A DNA stretch of 35,827 nucleotides, from IMG/VR virus record IMGVR_UViG_3300030376_005739, positions 1-35,827 of that record; one strand, given 5' to 3'. The position numbers and the translations under genes were made by a program. Origin of the DNA: a virus (taxonomy: Duplodnaviria; Caudoviricetes). Position 1 is the first letter of the stretch; every line of letters begins with the position of its first letter. Below are positions 7,725-16,623 of this stretch, one piece after another. Under the pieces are notes generated by a model. The model saw only the letters and a list, made by a program, of their open reading frames with translations, was not told where the DNA came from and searched no databases.

Positions 7725-7933
7725 AAAGGGGACGCTGCCGCAGCCTCCACGGCTGCCCGCTTCTGCTTCGCTACGTCTTCCATGCTGATGCCTAAGACAC
7801 CGCCTAAAGCGCCGAGCACTGATGCAACAACCGCTTCAGTAGGAAGATTAGGAAAGAAGTGCGCAAGCACAACTGGAAGTAACGCCGCCAAAAGGCTGAG
7901 CCAGAGTTTACGACTTTTGATTTTTGAACCCAT
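7703..7933 (-). CDS. Holin-like two-TM membrane protein
   Basis: Basic N-terminus KIKSRKLW, two hydrophobic segments and a charged tail. Confidence 0.75.
   Translation of the reverse strand: MGSKIKSRKLWLSLLAALLPVVLAHFFPNLPTEAVVASVLGALGGVLGISMEDVAKQKRAAVEAAAASPLDEPSDK
7724..7730 (-). promoter_or_regulatory. Candidate -1 ribosomal frameshift site C CCT TTG
   Basis: X XXY YYZ heptamer correctly phased in the holin frame (codons TCC CCT TTG). Confidence 0.55.
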
Positions 7934-7936
7934 TTT

Positions 7937-8341
7937 TTAGTCCTCGAAATAAATAACTGTGAACGTGTCGCCAGGAGCGCCTTTGACCAAGATGCTGTTC
8001 AGCGTGCCTTCAGGGTTTTGCATTTTGCTGACTGCAAACTCAAAGGTAGCGCCACCCGTCAGCGTGATGCCGTGATTAGCATGAACCTGCGGAGCAACCC
8101 CTGAAACGTTGTGCTTGTTTTGGATCGTCAGGTTTCCAGTGCCTTGATTGCAGATCATCACATAACCCGTGCGCAAGGTCAGATCAGGATCGCCAACCCC
8201 ACCATTTGCGATGGTGTCACCAGACGACAGATCGATAGTAGTTGCAGCGCCGGCGCCTGCTGAAAACACAATCTGATACGCCATAGTTCCGGCTGACCAA
8301 ACAGGTACGTTGCGCCGTTGGGCGCTGTTGAAAGCAACCAT
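7937..8341 (-). CDS. Beta-rich virion/structural hypothetical protein
   Basis: G/A/T-rich 134 aa; TAATG coupling within the late operon. Confidence 0.7.
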   Translation of the reverse strand: MVAFNSAQRRNVPVWSAGTMAYQIVFSAGAGAATTIDLSSGDTIANGGVGDPDLTLRTGYVMICNQGTGNLTIQNKHNVSGVAPQVHANHGITLTGGATFEFAVSKMQNPEGTLNSILVKGAPGDTFTVIYFED

Positions 8342-8646
8342 TATTTACTGTCCTTCTTTTTTGCCGCTGCTTTTTTCTTAGGAGCAGCTTTCTTTTTAGG
8401 TTTAGACACCTTTGGCTTCGGATCTGCAAGCAGTCCTTCGTCTTCTAACTGCTTCTTTATACCGTCCGCCAAAGATAATGCGGGGTAAACTTTGTAATCA
8501 ACTGATGCCTCGGAAGGTCCGGCGTCTTTATTGATGCCAGAAACTCCTAAAGCAAAACGCCCGTTGCCAAGATCAGTTACACTTCTCACCAAATGGGGGG
8601 GCCACTTCTGCAACTGCTCACTGGTGACAACTAATAGCTTGAGCAT
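8341..8646 (-). CDS. Hypothetical protein with Lys/Ala-rich tail
   Basis: AGGAG RBS; C-terminus PKKKAAPKKKAAAKKK. Confidence 0.75.
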   Translation of the reverse strand: MLKLLVVTSEQLQKWPPHLVRSVTDLGNGRFALGVSGINKDAGPSEASVDYKVYPALSLADGIKKQLEDEGLLADPKPKVSKPKKKAAPKKKAAAKKKDSK

Positions 8647-8647
8647 G

Positions 8648-8854
8648 TTATTCTCCTAAATCACCGGACCACTCTGGTCCGCTCATTATATCTAATGTTT
8701 CCTCATGGTTATGAATATCAGTGCCCGCAGGCTCCTGACCATCTTCTAACTTCGCTACTACTTTTGATTCGTCTACAGACTTGCGGATGCCGTGTTGCAA
8801 CAAAGCCTTTAGTTCTTCGTACTTTTCAGCAGTCATAATAGCGTAGTTACTCAT
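8648..8854 (-). CDS. Conserved phage hypothetical protein, LamG-gene associated
   Basis: RKSVDESKVVAK...HEETLDIM..PEW; ATGA overlap with the LamG gene. Confidence 0.75.
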   Translation of the reverse strand: MSNYAIMTAEKYEELKALLQHGIRKSVDESKVVAKLEDGQEPAGTDIHNHEETLDIMSGPEWSGDLGE

Positions 8855-9573
8855 GCGTGCGTTGGCTTCCCGGCGTAATAATCACGCGCTATTTCATCAG
8901 CACTAAGTGCTCTTGGGTACACTCTAACCGTGTCGATGTTGCCATAGAAAAAGAAACTATTTCCCCGGCCTATCTTAATAGCAGTACCATCATCATTACC
9001 AAAGGTTTTGGTGTGAGTAGCATACGCTGTTCCGTTATTATATCCCGTGACTGTTTTGGGATCTGCCGCAGCGGCGCCTTCCCAAACGACAGACCCAAAA
9101 TGCCAGTTGCTATCGTCGCCAGGGATGACTGTACCAAAAACGTTTGTTACGCCTGAAGAGCCTGTTTCCCATGTGAAATCCGTAGCGACTCCAGGCGCTG
9201 GTGTTCCTGAGCGATCACGCAACAACCAGCCGCCAGTTGCCCTTGTCTGCATAATAGTGCTGTATCCAGTAACTCCGGTCGTGTTTCGTTTGTACCAAAA
9301 CGTAACCGTAAACGTTTCTGACATGTCCGCGCAGATGTTAGCTGCGCCTGCTGTTACATGGTCAGCAACACCATCGAAACCGAAGTCACTAAAGATCGCA
9401 GCATCAGAAGCTGTGCCGTTGTTAGCTGACGCAGTTATGTCATACCAAGTGGTTGATGAGGGGCTGGCGCTGAGCCGTTCATACCTAAGCTGAGCGTCTC
9501 CGGTTACATCAGGACGGTATGAACTGCGCGAGGATACCTCACTAAGACCAGTTATGTGTCGCCGCCTTCTCAT
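8851..9573 (-). CDS. LamG/concanavalin A-like domain virion protein
   Basis: FDGVADHV, FTVTFWY, NWHFGSVVW and FYGNIDTVRVYPRALSADEI. Start set at ATG 9573, just after the endolysin stop. Confidence 0.88.
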   Translation of the reverse strand: MRRRRHITGLSEVSSRSSYRPDVTGDAQLRYERLSASPSSTTWYDITASANNGTASDAAIFSDFGFDGVADHVTAGAANICADMSETFTVTFWYKRNTTGVTGYSTIMQTRATGGWLLRDRSGTPAPGVATDFTWETGSSGVTNVFGTVIPGDDSNWHFGSVVWEGAAAADPKTVTGYNNGTAYATHTKTFGNDDGTAIKIGRGNSFFFYGNIDTVRVYPRALSADEIARDYYAGKPTHA

Positions 9574-9574
9574 G

Positions 9575-9961
9575 TCAGCCTTCCCACCGAGCTGGCCCAT
9601 TAGGGCGCATGTCGTAATGCACGAACGTGTTGTAGTTCCCTATACCACCATTTGGGATTTTTCCAGAGGCTGCCAACTCGTACACTACTGACTTCAGGCG
9701 CACTAGATCATCGGGGTTGCCGCTCGAAGGTGCTAAGTCAGCAGCACGGGCTTCAACATGTTGCGATTTGGACACGCCGCCAATGCGCTTATTGTACGCA
9801 GGATCACGGTATCCGCTGTTGACTCGGATCGGTTTGCCAAAGGTGCTGCGGATAACCTGAAGCGTCCACGCCAAATGCCGCAAGCGATCGGGGTAAGGGC
9901 AGTGCGCTCCGCTGTTACAGCTTAGTTCGTTTTCGCTAAAGTTTGGCGGGTAGTTGCTCAT
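9575..9961 (-). CDS. Peptidase M15A-family endolysin
   Basis: NFSENELSC, VNSGYR, SQH....AAD and FVHYD zinc-peptidase motifs. Confidence 0.92.
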   Translation of the reverse strand: MSNYPPNFSENELSCNSGAHCPYPDRLRHLAWTLQVIRSTFGKPIRVNSGYRDPAYNKRIGGVSKSQHVEARAADLAPSSGNPDDLVRLKSVVYELAASGKIPNGGIGNYNTFVHYDMRPNGPARWEG

Positions 9962-12900
9962 TGAACCTCGACTCCAGTGAATGATTCAAGTTCTTCAGCG
10001 CCAACATCAATCATCGTTGCGCTGCTCTCTTCGACGCTAAACAGATCGTCCAACTGCTGCTGGGCTTTTTTGTTGCCCTTCTTAGCTTCCCGCACTTTGT
10101 CTTTGAAATCTTGTGCAGCTTTGCGTTTGGCGTTCCATGCGTCTTGAAAATCTTTGCGCATTTCAACGAAAGATTCTCTTAGCTCTTCCTTCTGCGGTTT
10201 CATTTCCCAAACAATGTTACCATCAGCATCAGTTTCTGATTTCCCGTCACCTGCGCGCTTGGGTACGCCAGTAATCCAGTATTGCCGACGCTCCTGCTTG
10301 TAATCTTCCAACCCATCTTTGCCGTTCATCGACTGCCATTCTGCGATGTCTTGTTGGTATTGTTTTTCAAAGTATTTATCGAGCAAAGTTCCACGTTTGT
10401 CTTGGCTGTACGTTGTTTTACCGGTCTTTTTGTTTACGCTGACCTTGATACCAGCCAAATGTTGGAACACTTTGTTGAGCGAAGCCTCATCGAAATGCTC
10501 AAGCCTGCGCCCAGTCCACACCTTCATCATGTAGCTTGCCATATCCATGCGGGTTTTATCGTCACGAAACTTGTTTGCACGAGCCAAGCCCGTCAAAGGC
10601 TTCATCTCATCAAACATCATCATAACCGATTCGCCACCTGCGTGAATCCATCCGGGCATGAGTTTATTAGAAAAGTGCTGATAGAATGCCTGAGGACTAT
10701 TGAGCGGATCGCCACGGTGTGTTTTGCCTTCAGACAACTCCATTAGGCTGCCGTAAACGATACCATCAGCAAGCAACAGCTTGGCGAGTTCCTCTGTTGG
10801 CGTCTTCTCCTTCTTACGGATTTTAGCCATCAGAATATCTTCTTCAGTGCCACGCGTCATTTTATACATACCTTCGAGCATGTTTGACGCGTTGATAGCA
10901 AAGTTGCGATTGCCCATACTTTGGAAGGTCATCGACTCATCATCGAAGAAGGCGCCAGGGGTAAGCCACTCAGGAATAAGCTGGCGCAGGTACTCATCAT
11001 CTCTAGTGGTTGTTCTGGTCAGGCTAAGCACTGCTGCTTTGCGCATCCCCTGCATCGCTTCATTGGTATAGAGGCGTCCCATAATCTTAGGATCTGTTGA
11101 GACAATACTGGTATCGCCAAACATTGCTCGTGTTCCCATGCCTCGCTTGAGGAATGGAATGTCCAACGATTTCCAAGCCCATGTCTTGAAAGGACCGAAA
11201 GCAATGGCGTCGAAGTTGCGAGCGAGCTCAATGAAGCCGGGCACCCTGCTGTAGTCGAAATACAACCCGTTAGCATAACCAACGGCTGAATCCATCTTGA
11301 GGCTTTCTAATGCCGTAGCAGCGGCCTTGCCTGTGTGTGTTTTGCCTTTGTATTGGACCTTGAACTGCCCGTCTTGGGTTCGCCACACAGTGCCCAGAAT
11401 TTTACCGCCTCGACTTGTATCCATGAACTGGATGCTTTTACCGGGGGACAGCATACTGGTATAGTTATCTAGCCGGCTGGCTTCGCGCATCGTGTCTGCA
11501 AGTTTGAATAAGCCATCACCAACCTGATAAGCCCAGTCCATGCCAGCCATAACCTTGCCGACCACTGGCATCTTGCGGAAGCCGGTGGCATACCAGTCAA
11601 CTGGCTTGAGCAGCGGATTGCTTTGGTATGTGTCCATCACAATGTTAGCATCAACATTGACTGCGTTGTTGCTGGCTACACCACGATCAAACGCTGCTTT
11701 GATGCGATCACGCTGCGCCTTTGGCAGGCTCTGCGGATCTTTAGCGTAGGTGCGCCACATGTTAGCTGCGCTAACCATTTCACCTGCAACCTCTTGTGGC
11801 AGCATCCCCTCACGAGTCATCATTGCCAGGACGTTGCTCATATAGTTGGTTAGAGCCGTTTGCGGGCGCTGAGTAGTAAGGTTGCGCTTCATGGCGCTCG
11901 ACATCTGGCGCATAGCATTGAAGAAGCCATTGCTTGCCATTGTGCGATTAGCCATAAACAACCAGCCTAAAGTGCTGTTGTTAGCGCCACCAAGCTCACG
12001 ATTGATGTGCGGCGTAAGATTGCTATCAGGCCGCTTGAGTCCCATCATTTCGGCCCAGCCAGCCATATCACCAGTTTGGATTGGCTGTTTCCACCGTACA
12101 ATACCAGCGCCTCGCTCCATCTCAGGGATGCTTGCGCCGCCTCGGTCTTCTAAACTAGGCAAACCGTTGTCATCGAAGGAAACGAACCTGTTCGGATCAC
12201 CACCTTTTTGGCCTAACAAACGCACGTTCATCTCAGTAACAAGTTGATTAGCCTGCTTTATTGCTTCTGGGAAAGCTAGTTGTGGATTACGCTCCATCAG
12301 CCTTGTCGCTAGTTCGTTAGCAACTAGATCAGACTGCTTTAGGTTTCGTTCGTATGTTTTGCCCGCTAATGATGTGCGCTGAGCATCTTGATTCAGAAAT
12401 AAATCTGCTATGTTTTGCGGACTGTCTTTTAGGTAAGGAGGCAGGTGTCCATTTGTCTGCAAGTAATCAGCGATGTCAGTCATATAGCGGACGCTAATGC
12501 CGTCATCAAACCACCCAGGCGTACCAACTTGTTCCCAGAACCATTTAGCTGCCGCTGCTTCTTCGACCTTGTTGATCATCTGTTGTCTAAAGGTATCTAA
12601 AGCCTCAACCCGGCTAACGTTTGCTAACTTAGAATCACGCTTAGTTGACTCCTGCATAAACTCATTGAAAGCATCGCTCATTTTGTAGCGGCGCCCATTA
12701 GCCAGTTCAAACACCGGATCTGCTTCAATGAAGCGCATCCCTTTAGTACGAGGGAATGAAAAGTCGTTTACTACTTTGGCAATACCAGCACGCACCTGCT
12801 TGCGTAACGCTCTTGGCGTTTCAGTTGCAGGCAGCTCCAGCGTTCCTTCTAGCTTGTTGTTCAACCAATCAGTGAACTTATTACGCAAGTTAGGACTGCG

Positions 12901-15900
12901 AAGCAGTGCGCTGTGATTGTTCTCAAACAATATGTTGTTGAAGATTTGCAGGTAAATACGTTTAGCTAAGTTCTGACCACCACGTGCCCCCATTACCTCA
13001 GGCTCTTTAGTAATCGCATTGATTACAGATTGATGATCCAAAGAGTTGACTCGCTGATGGAATCCTAAATCACTACTCGCAAAGTTTTCTGCTAGTCGGT
13101 CGATCGCCGTAAGCAATGCACTCGCTTCATCTGGAGCAAGCTGATTGAGCATCTGCAAGTGCGAGGCTTCGTTTAGGCTCACCGGGGTTAGTTGTGACTC
13201 GCTTGCGTCAATCAACAAACCGTCACGCTGATCAGATCCTGCGCGTCTTGTGGGCTTGCCTTGATCATCGAGGTAGTTGAACTTTTGCATTGTAGGAGAA
13301 AACCGAACAGGAGCCTCTGCCCGGTAAACATGAATACCTTCGTCAGCAATAGAGCCGAAATACAATGATTCACGGGCTCTAGTGTTCCACATCTCCAGCA
13401 TTTTTTCTGAGTTCTTTAGACTTGCAGTGTTTTCTAACTGCGCATTTCGATGTGAATTGCGAACCTCTAAACGTTGACGATTGTATTTAGCCCTGATGTT
13501 TTCAACCGTTAGCTCTTGAGCAGCAAACTCATCAGCAGCCAATGATCGGGCTTCAGTCTCTAGCCTTGGCGCAATAGCATCAGCAGCAGCAGCACGCTGC
13601 TCTTGGATCTGCCCTGTAAGGCTCTCACGCAGGTTCTGGACTTGAACATCTGCTTCGCCTACCCGCTGATTCAGATCACTTAGATTGCGCGCTAGAGCCG
13701 CCTCTGCTTCGCGCATCGAGTTGACTAACTCTTGCTGAGCGTTACTTAGAAAAGCCTCTTTGCTTTTGCCTTCGTTGATTGCTTTGTCGTATTTATTCTG
13801 AGCTCTAGTTAGAGACTCTGAATAGGCATTGATTGCTTCTACGGTTGCTGTTTGCTCTTTGCTGCGAACAGCTTCCTCAAGACGATCAAGCTGCTTTAGA
13901 TGTTCGCTCAAACGCTGTTTACTTATCTTAGTTCGACCTAGAACCTTCTTCATTTGCGCTTCTAGAAGCTGATCACGCAACGCTGTCATTTCAGCTTCCG
14001 TCGTTGCTTTTCCTAGCTTTTCCAGCGTTGTAGCTTCTTCGATGTCGATAAGCGCCAGGTCATCAGCGAGCTCTTTTTTTAGTTCAACTCGACGATCAAC
14101 TAAACGGTTGATTACTTGCTGCGTGCCTTCCTCAGGCATTAGCAGGGGTGGCTCGTCTAGATTTTCAGCCATCCGATCAACACGCACCCTGCGGTATTCA
14201 TTGCGTGCAGCAAGCATTTCTTGGTTTAGCTGCTTAAGGTTTGGATCACCTATTTCTTTCGCTTCTTCAAAGCGAGCACGAGCCTCATCAGCTAACGATT
14301 TCGCCCGCTTTACATCAGGCAGTCCCTCGACAAAGCCTTTCAGCGCAGCATGTGTTGCTACGATTTCGCCAGCATTTGGCAAAAGTCGATCTAACGCTGC
14401 TGGAGACAACTCACCATTTTCATCGAGCAGTTTAGCCATCTTTGAGTCAGACCACAGAGCCTGCAAAATGGTTTTGATGTCAGACTCTACCTTGTTGCGC
14501 TGACCTAAAACGTTATCAACTAACTCGCCGACCTTCACGCCCAAAGCCGGATCTGCCATAGCCGCAATATCTACAGCTATTCGACCCATGGCTGATTTGC
14601 CTGTTAGCATTTTTGGGCCAAACTCAGGATGCCTTGCTATAGCTGTGTGCAATGCTGTTGGCAGACCAAACGTTGCAAATGCTAGACCAACATCTCCTAA
14701 GTCTTCTTGACTCATCACATAGGTAGCCGCAGCTACTTTTGCCGTCAGGGGAACGCCTGGCTGAAACTTCATGTCTGGCATTCTAACGCCTTCAGTGGTC
14801 GCTAGATTGACTGCCTCAATATAGTCCTTATGTAGGATATGCTGCGCAATCTTGCTGTTGACTACCTTGCCCCATTTAGTGGCGCTGTACGTGCGTGCTT
14901 CATTGATAACGCTGTTTGCTAAACGCTCAGGGATAGTTAGCTTTTGAAACTTTGGATCATTGATGTCGATACCAGCACGCCGTGCGATGTCGTCTAACTT
15001 ATCTAAGGCAGCGCCTACGCCTTTGATTTTGCCTGCTTTTAGCAGCTTTGCAATCGGCACAAAGGTCATCAATGCACTGATTGGTTGAGCCTGAACTGCT
15101 TCATAAGGGTTTGCAAACATAGACAGAATAGCACCTGCCATTGCTGCGGGCAGCTTAGAACCTTGCTCCATGCCGTAGCCAAATGATTGCAATGCCTTTG
15201 CAACTTCGGCGTCTTCAGTCCCACCCTGCGCTTGGATTTGGCGCAACACGTCGAGCGATGTAGGAGCAAACGTTGCCACAAGCTGACCTAAGCCTGCGAT
15301 GTTATCATACAGATCTGCTCTAGCTGAACCCCAAGCATTCTTATCTTTGAGCCGGCTAATAATCAGCTCATCGTTGTGTTTCATTGCATCAAGCGCACCT
15401 TTGATGCCTTGGTCTTCTAGGTTGAGATTGTGAACCCAGTGCCGCTTTAGAGCGTAATCCTGAGTATGCTCAAACCATTGCCGCTCCATGTCGCTGGCTA
15501 GGTCTTCTTTACCTACTGTTCGTGCGATCGTTGAGGCAGCAGCAAGAGCGGGTTGCACTACAAAGTCTTCAGCAAGCTGTGCTCCTAAGACTCCAGTTGC
15601 ACCTACTGCTCCTGTTGTAGCGCCAAAGGCACGCATACCAAAAGCATCAACCCCACCCAGTTCTTCAAACGCCTCATCTGAACGGGTTGCCTTGACTCGC
15701 TCAATAACTACCGGGGTTTGATACAGCAGCTTGACGTAGTTGCTAACATCCTCACGGTTTGAAAAGTCAGGCTCATCAGGCAGTGACGACAACACAGGAT
15801 CAGAAGCACGAGCTCCTGATAATACCGCCTGCTCAAGCCCTTCCATGCCACCCAGCGCAGCAGCGCCTTCTTCAATGCCCTGCGCTTGGCTGCGCAATGC

Positions 15901-16611
15901 AGCTTCACGGTCAGCACGTATTTGATCAGCAGCTTCTATTGCTCGTCTTTGTCGGTCAGACGCTTCAGCCGATAAAGGCGTTAGATCACGGATCGACCGA
16001 TCGTTGATCTGTACAGACTCTACAACAGTTTGCGTTTTCTGCTCAGCAATCCGCTGCTCATATTCTTCTGGAGTTACTTCACGACCTAGCCGCTGGCTCA
16101 TGTCGTAACGATCTTCTTGATCGCCACCTGTAACGGGCAGCGCAATGTTTGGCGGCGCTTCGCTTGTTACCCTTTCGAGGGTCATGCCTTGCGGATCGCC
16201 TTCGCTGCGCTGACGGGTTTCTTGTTGAAACATTTGCGGCACTGCCGGAGCAGCCGCTAGACCGAAGCCACGAGTTACCTGCGTGCCGATACGCTCCTGT
16301 TGCTCAGCAAACTCTGGCTCGCTAGGACTGCGCACACGCCATTCGTTGTCACGCAGTCGCTGCGCAACATCTTCTGCTGCTCGTTGTGACTGGTTGCGCC
16401 CCATGCGATCGGCAACGATTTCGTCGATTGGCACATAAGCCTGATCGAACGAAAAATCATCAGCGTCACTTATGTCGATGCCAACCATTGCTAACTGGTC
16501 GCCCATGTCAGCAAAGATCAGCTCAGCAGCTTCGCCGACTTCAATATTTTCAGTTGCTGCTTTAGCTTCTGCTAATCGCCGCAACTCGTCACGCCATGTT
16601 CGTTTTGCCAT
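9958..16611 (-). CDS. Large internal virion (DNA ejection) protein, putative
   Basis: 2217 aa, helical with a central coiled coil. C-terminal GDGLFKL...FDYSRVP...PFKTW resembles podovirus ejection proteins; position after the tail genes fits. Confidence 0.72.
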   Translation of the reverse strand: MAKRTWRDELRRLAEAKAATENIEVGEAAELIFADMGDQLAMVGIDISDADDFSFDQAYVPIDEIVADRMGRNQSQRAAEDVAQRLRDNEWRVRSPSEPEFAEQQERIGTQVTRGFGLAAAPAVPQMFQQETRQRSEGDPQGMTLERVTSEAPPNIALPVTGGDQEDRYDMSQRLGREVTPEEYEQRIAEQKTQTVVESVQINDRSIRDLTPLSAEASDRQRRAIEAADQIRADREAALRSQAQGIEEGAAALGGMEGLEQAVLSGARASDPVLSSLPDEPDFSNREDVSNYVKLLYQTPVVIERVKATRSDEAFEELGGVDAFGMRAFGATTGAVGATGVLGAQLAEDFVVQPALAAASTIARTVGKEDLASDMERQWFEHTQDYALKRHWVHNLNLEDQGIKGALDAMKHNDELIISRLKDKNAWGSARADLYDNIAGLGQLVATFAPTSLDVLRQIQAQGGTEDAEVAKALQSFGYGMEQGSKLPAAMAGAILSMFANPYEAVQAQPISALMTFVPIAKLLKAGKIKGVGAALDKLDDIARRAGIDINDPKFQKLTIPERLANSVINEARTYSATKWGKVVNSKIAQHILHKDYIEAVNLATTEGVRMPDMKFQPGVPLTAKVAAATYVMSQEDLGDVGLAFATFGLPTALHTAIARHPEFGPKMLTGKSAMGRIAVDIAAMADPALGVKVGELVDNVLGQRNKVESDIKTILQALWSDSKMAKLLDENGELSPAALDRLLPNAGEIVATHAALKGFVEGLPDVKRAKSLADEARARFEEAKEIGDPNLKQLNQEMLAARNEYRRVRVDRMAENLDEPPLLMPEEGTQQVINRLVDRRVELKKELADDLALIDIEEATTLEKLGKATTEAEMTALRDQLLEAQMKKVLGRTKISKQRLSEHLKQLDRLEEAVRSKEQTATVEAINAYSESLTRAQNKYDKAINEGKSKEAFLSNAQQELVNSMREAEAALARNLSDLNQRVGEADVQVQNLRESLTGQIQEQRAAAADAIAPRLETEARSLAADEFAAQELTVENIRAKYNRQRLEVRNSHRNAQLENTASLKNSEKMLEMWNTRARESLYFGSIADEGIHVYRAEAPVRFSPTMQKFNYLDDQGKPTRRAGSDQRDGLLIDASESQLTPVSLNEASHLQMLNQLAPDEASALLTAIDRLAENFASSDLGFHQRVNSLDHQSVINAITKEPEVMGARGGQNLAKRIYLQIFNNILFENNHSALLRSPNLRNKFTDWLNNKLEGTLELPATETPRALRKQVRAGIAKVVNDFSFPRTKGMRFIEADPVFELANGRRYKMSDAFNEFMQESTKRDSKLANVSRVEALDTFRQQMINKVEEAAAAKWFWEQVGTPGWFDDGISVRYMTDIADYLQTNGHLPPYLKDSPQNIADLFLNQDAQRTSLAGKTYERNLKQSDLVANELATRLMERNPQLAFPEAIKQANQLVTEMNVRLLGQKGGDPNRFVSFDDNGLPSLEDRGGASIPEMERGAGIVRWKQPIQTGDMAGWAEMMGLKRPDSNLTPHINRELGGANNSTLGWLFMANRTMASNGFFNAMRQMSSAMKRNLTTQRPQTALTNYMSNVLAMMTREGMLPQEVAGEMVSAANMWRTYAKDPQSLPKAQRDRIKAAFDRGVASNNAVNVDANIVMDTYQSNPLLKPVDWYATGFRKMPVVGKVMAGMDWAYQVGDGLFKLADTMREASRLDNYTSMLSPGKSIQFMDTSRGGKILGTVWRTQDGQFKVQYKGKTHTGKAAATALESLKMDSAVGYANGLYFDYSRVPGFIELARNFDAIAFGPFKTWAWKSLDIPFLKRGMGTRAMFGDTSIVSTDPKIMGRLYTNEAMQGMRKAAVLSLTRTTTRDDEYLRQLIPEWLTPGAFFDDESMTFQSMGNRNFAINASNMLEGMYKMTRGTEEDILMAKIRKKEKTPTEELAKLLLADGIVYGSLMELSEGKTHRGDPLNSPQAFYQHFSNKLMPGWIHAGGESVMMMFDEMKPLTGLARANKFRDDKTRMDMASYMMKVWTGRRLEHFDEASLNKVFQHLAGIKVSVNKKTGKTTYSQDKRGTLLDKYFEKQYQQDIAEWQSMNGKDGLEDYKQERRQYWITGVPKRAGDGKSETDADGNIVWEMKPQKEELRESFVEMRKDFQDAWNAKRKAAQDFKDKVREAKKGNKKAQQQLDDLFSVEESSATMIDVGAEELESFTGVEVQ

Positions 16612-16623
16612 TTTTACCGAACC

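Noticed and set aside
9958-16611. Tape measure protein or virion RNA polymerase
   Set aside because: No tail tube or chaperone genes and no polymerase catalytic motif seen; podovirus-type hub and adaptor genes are present.
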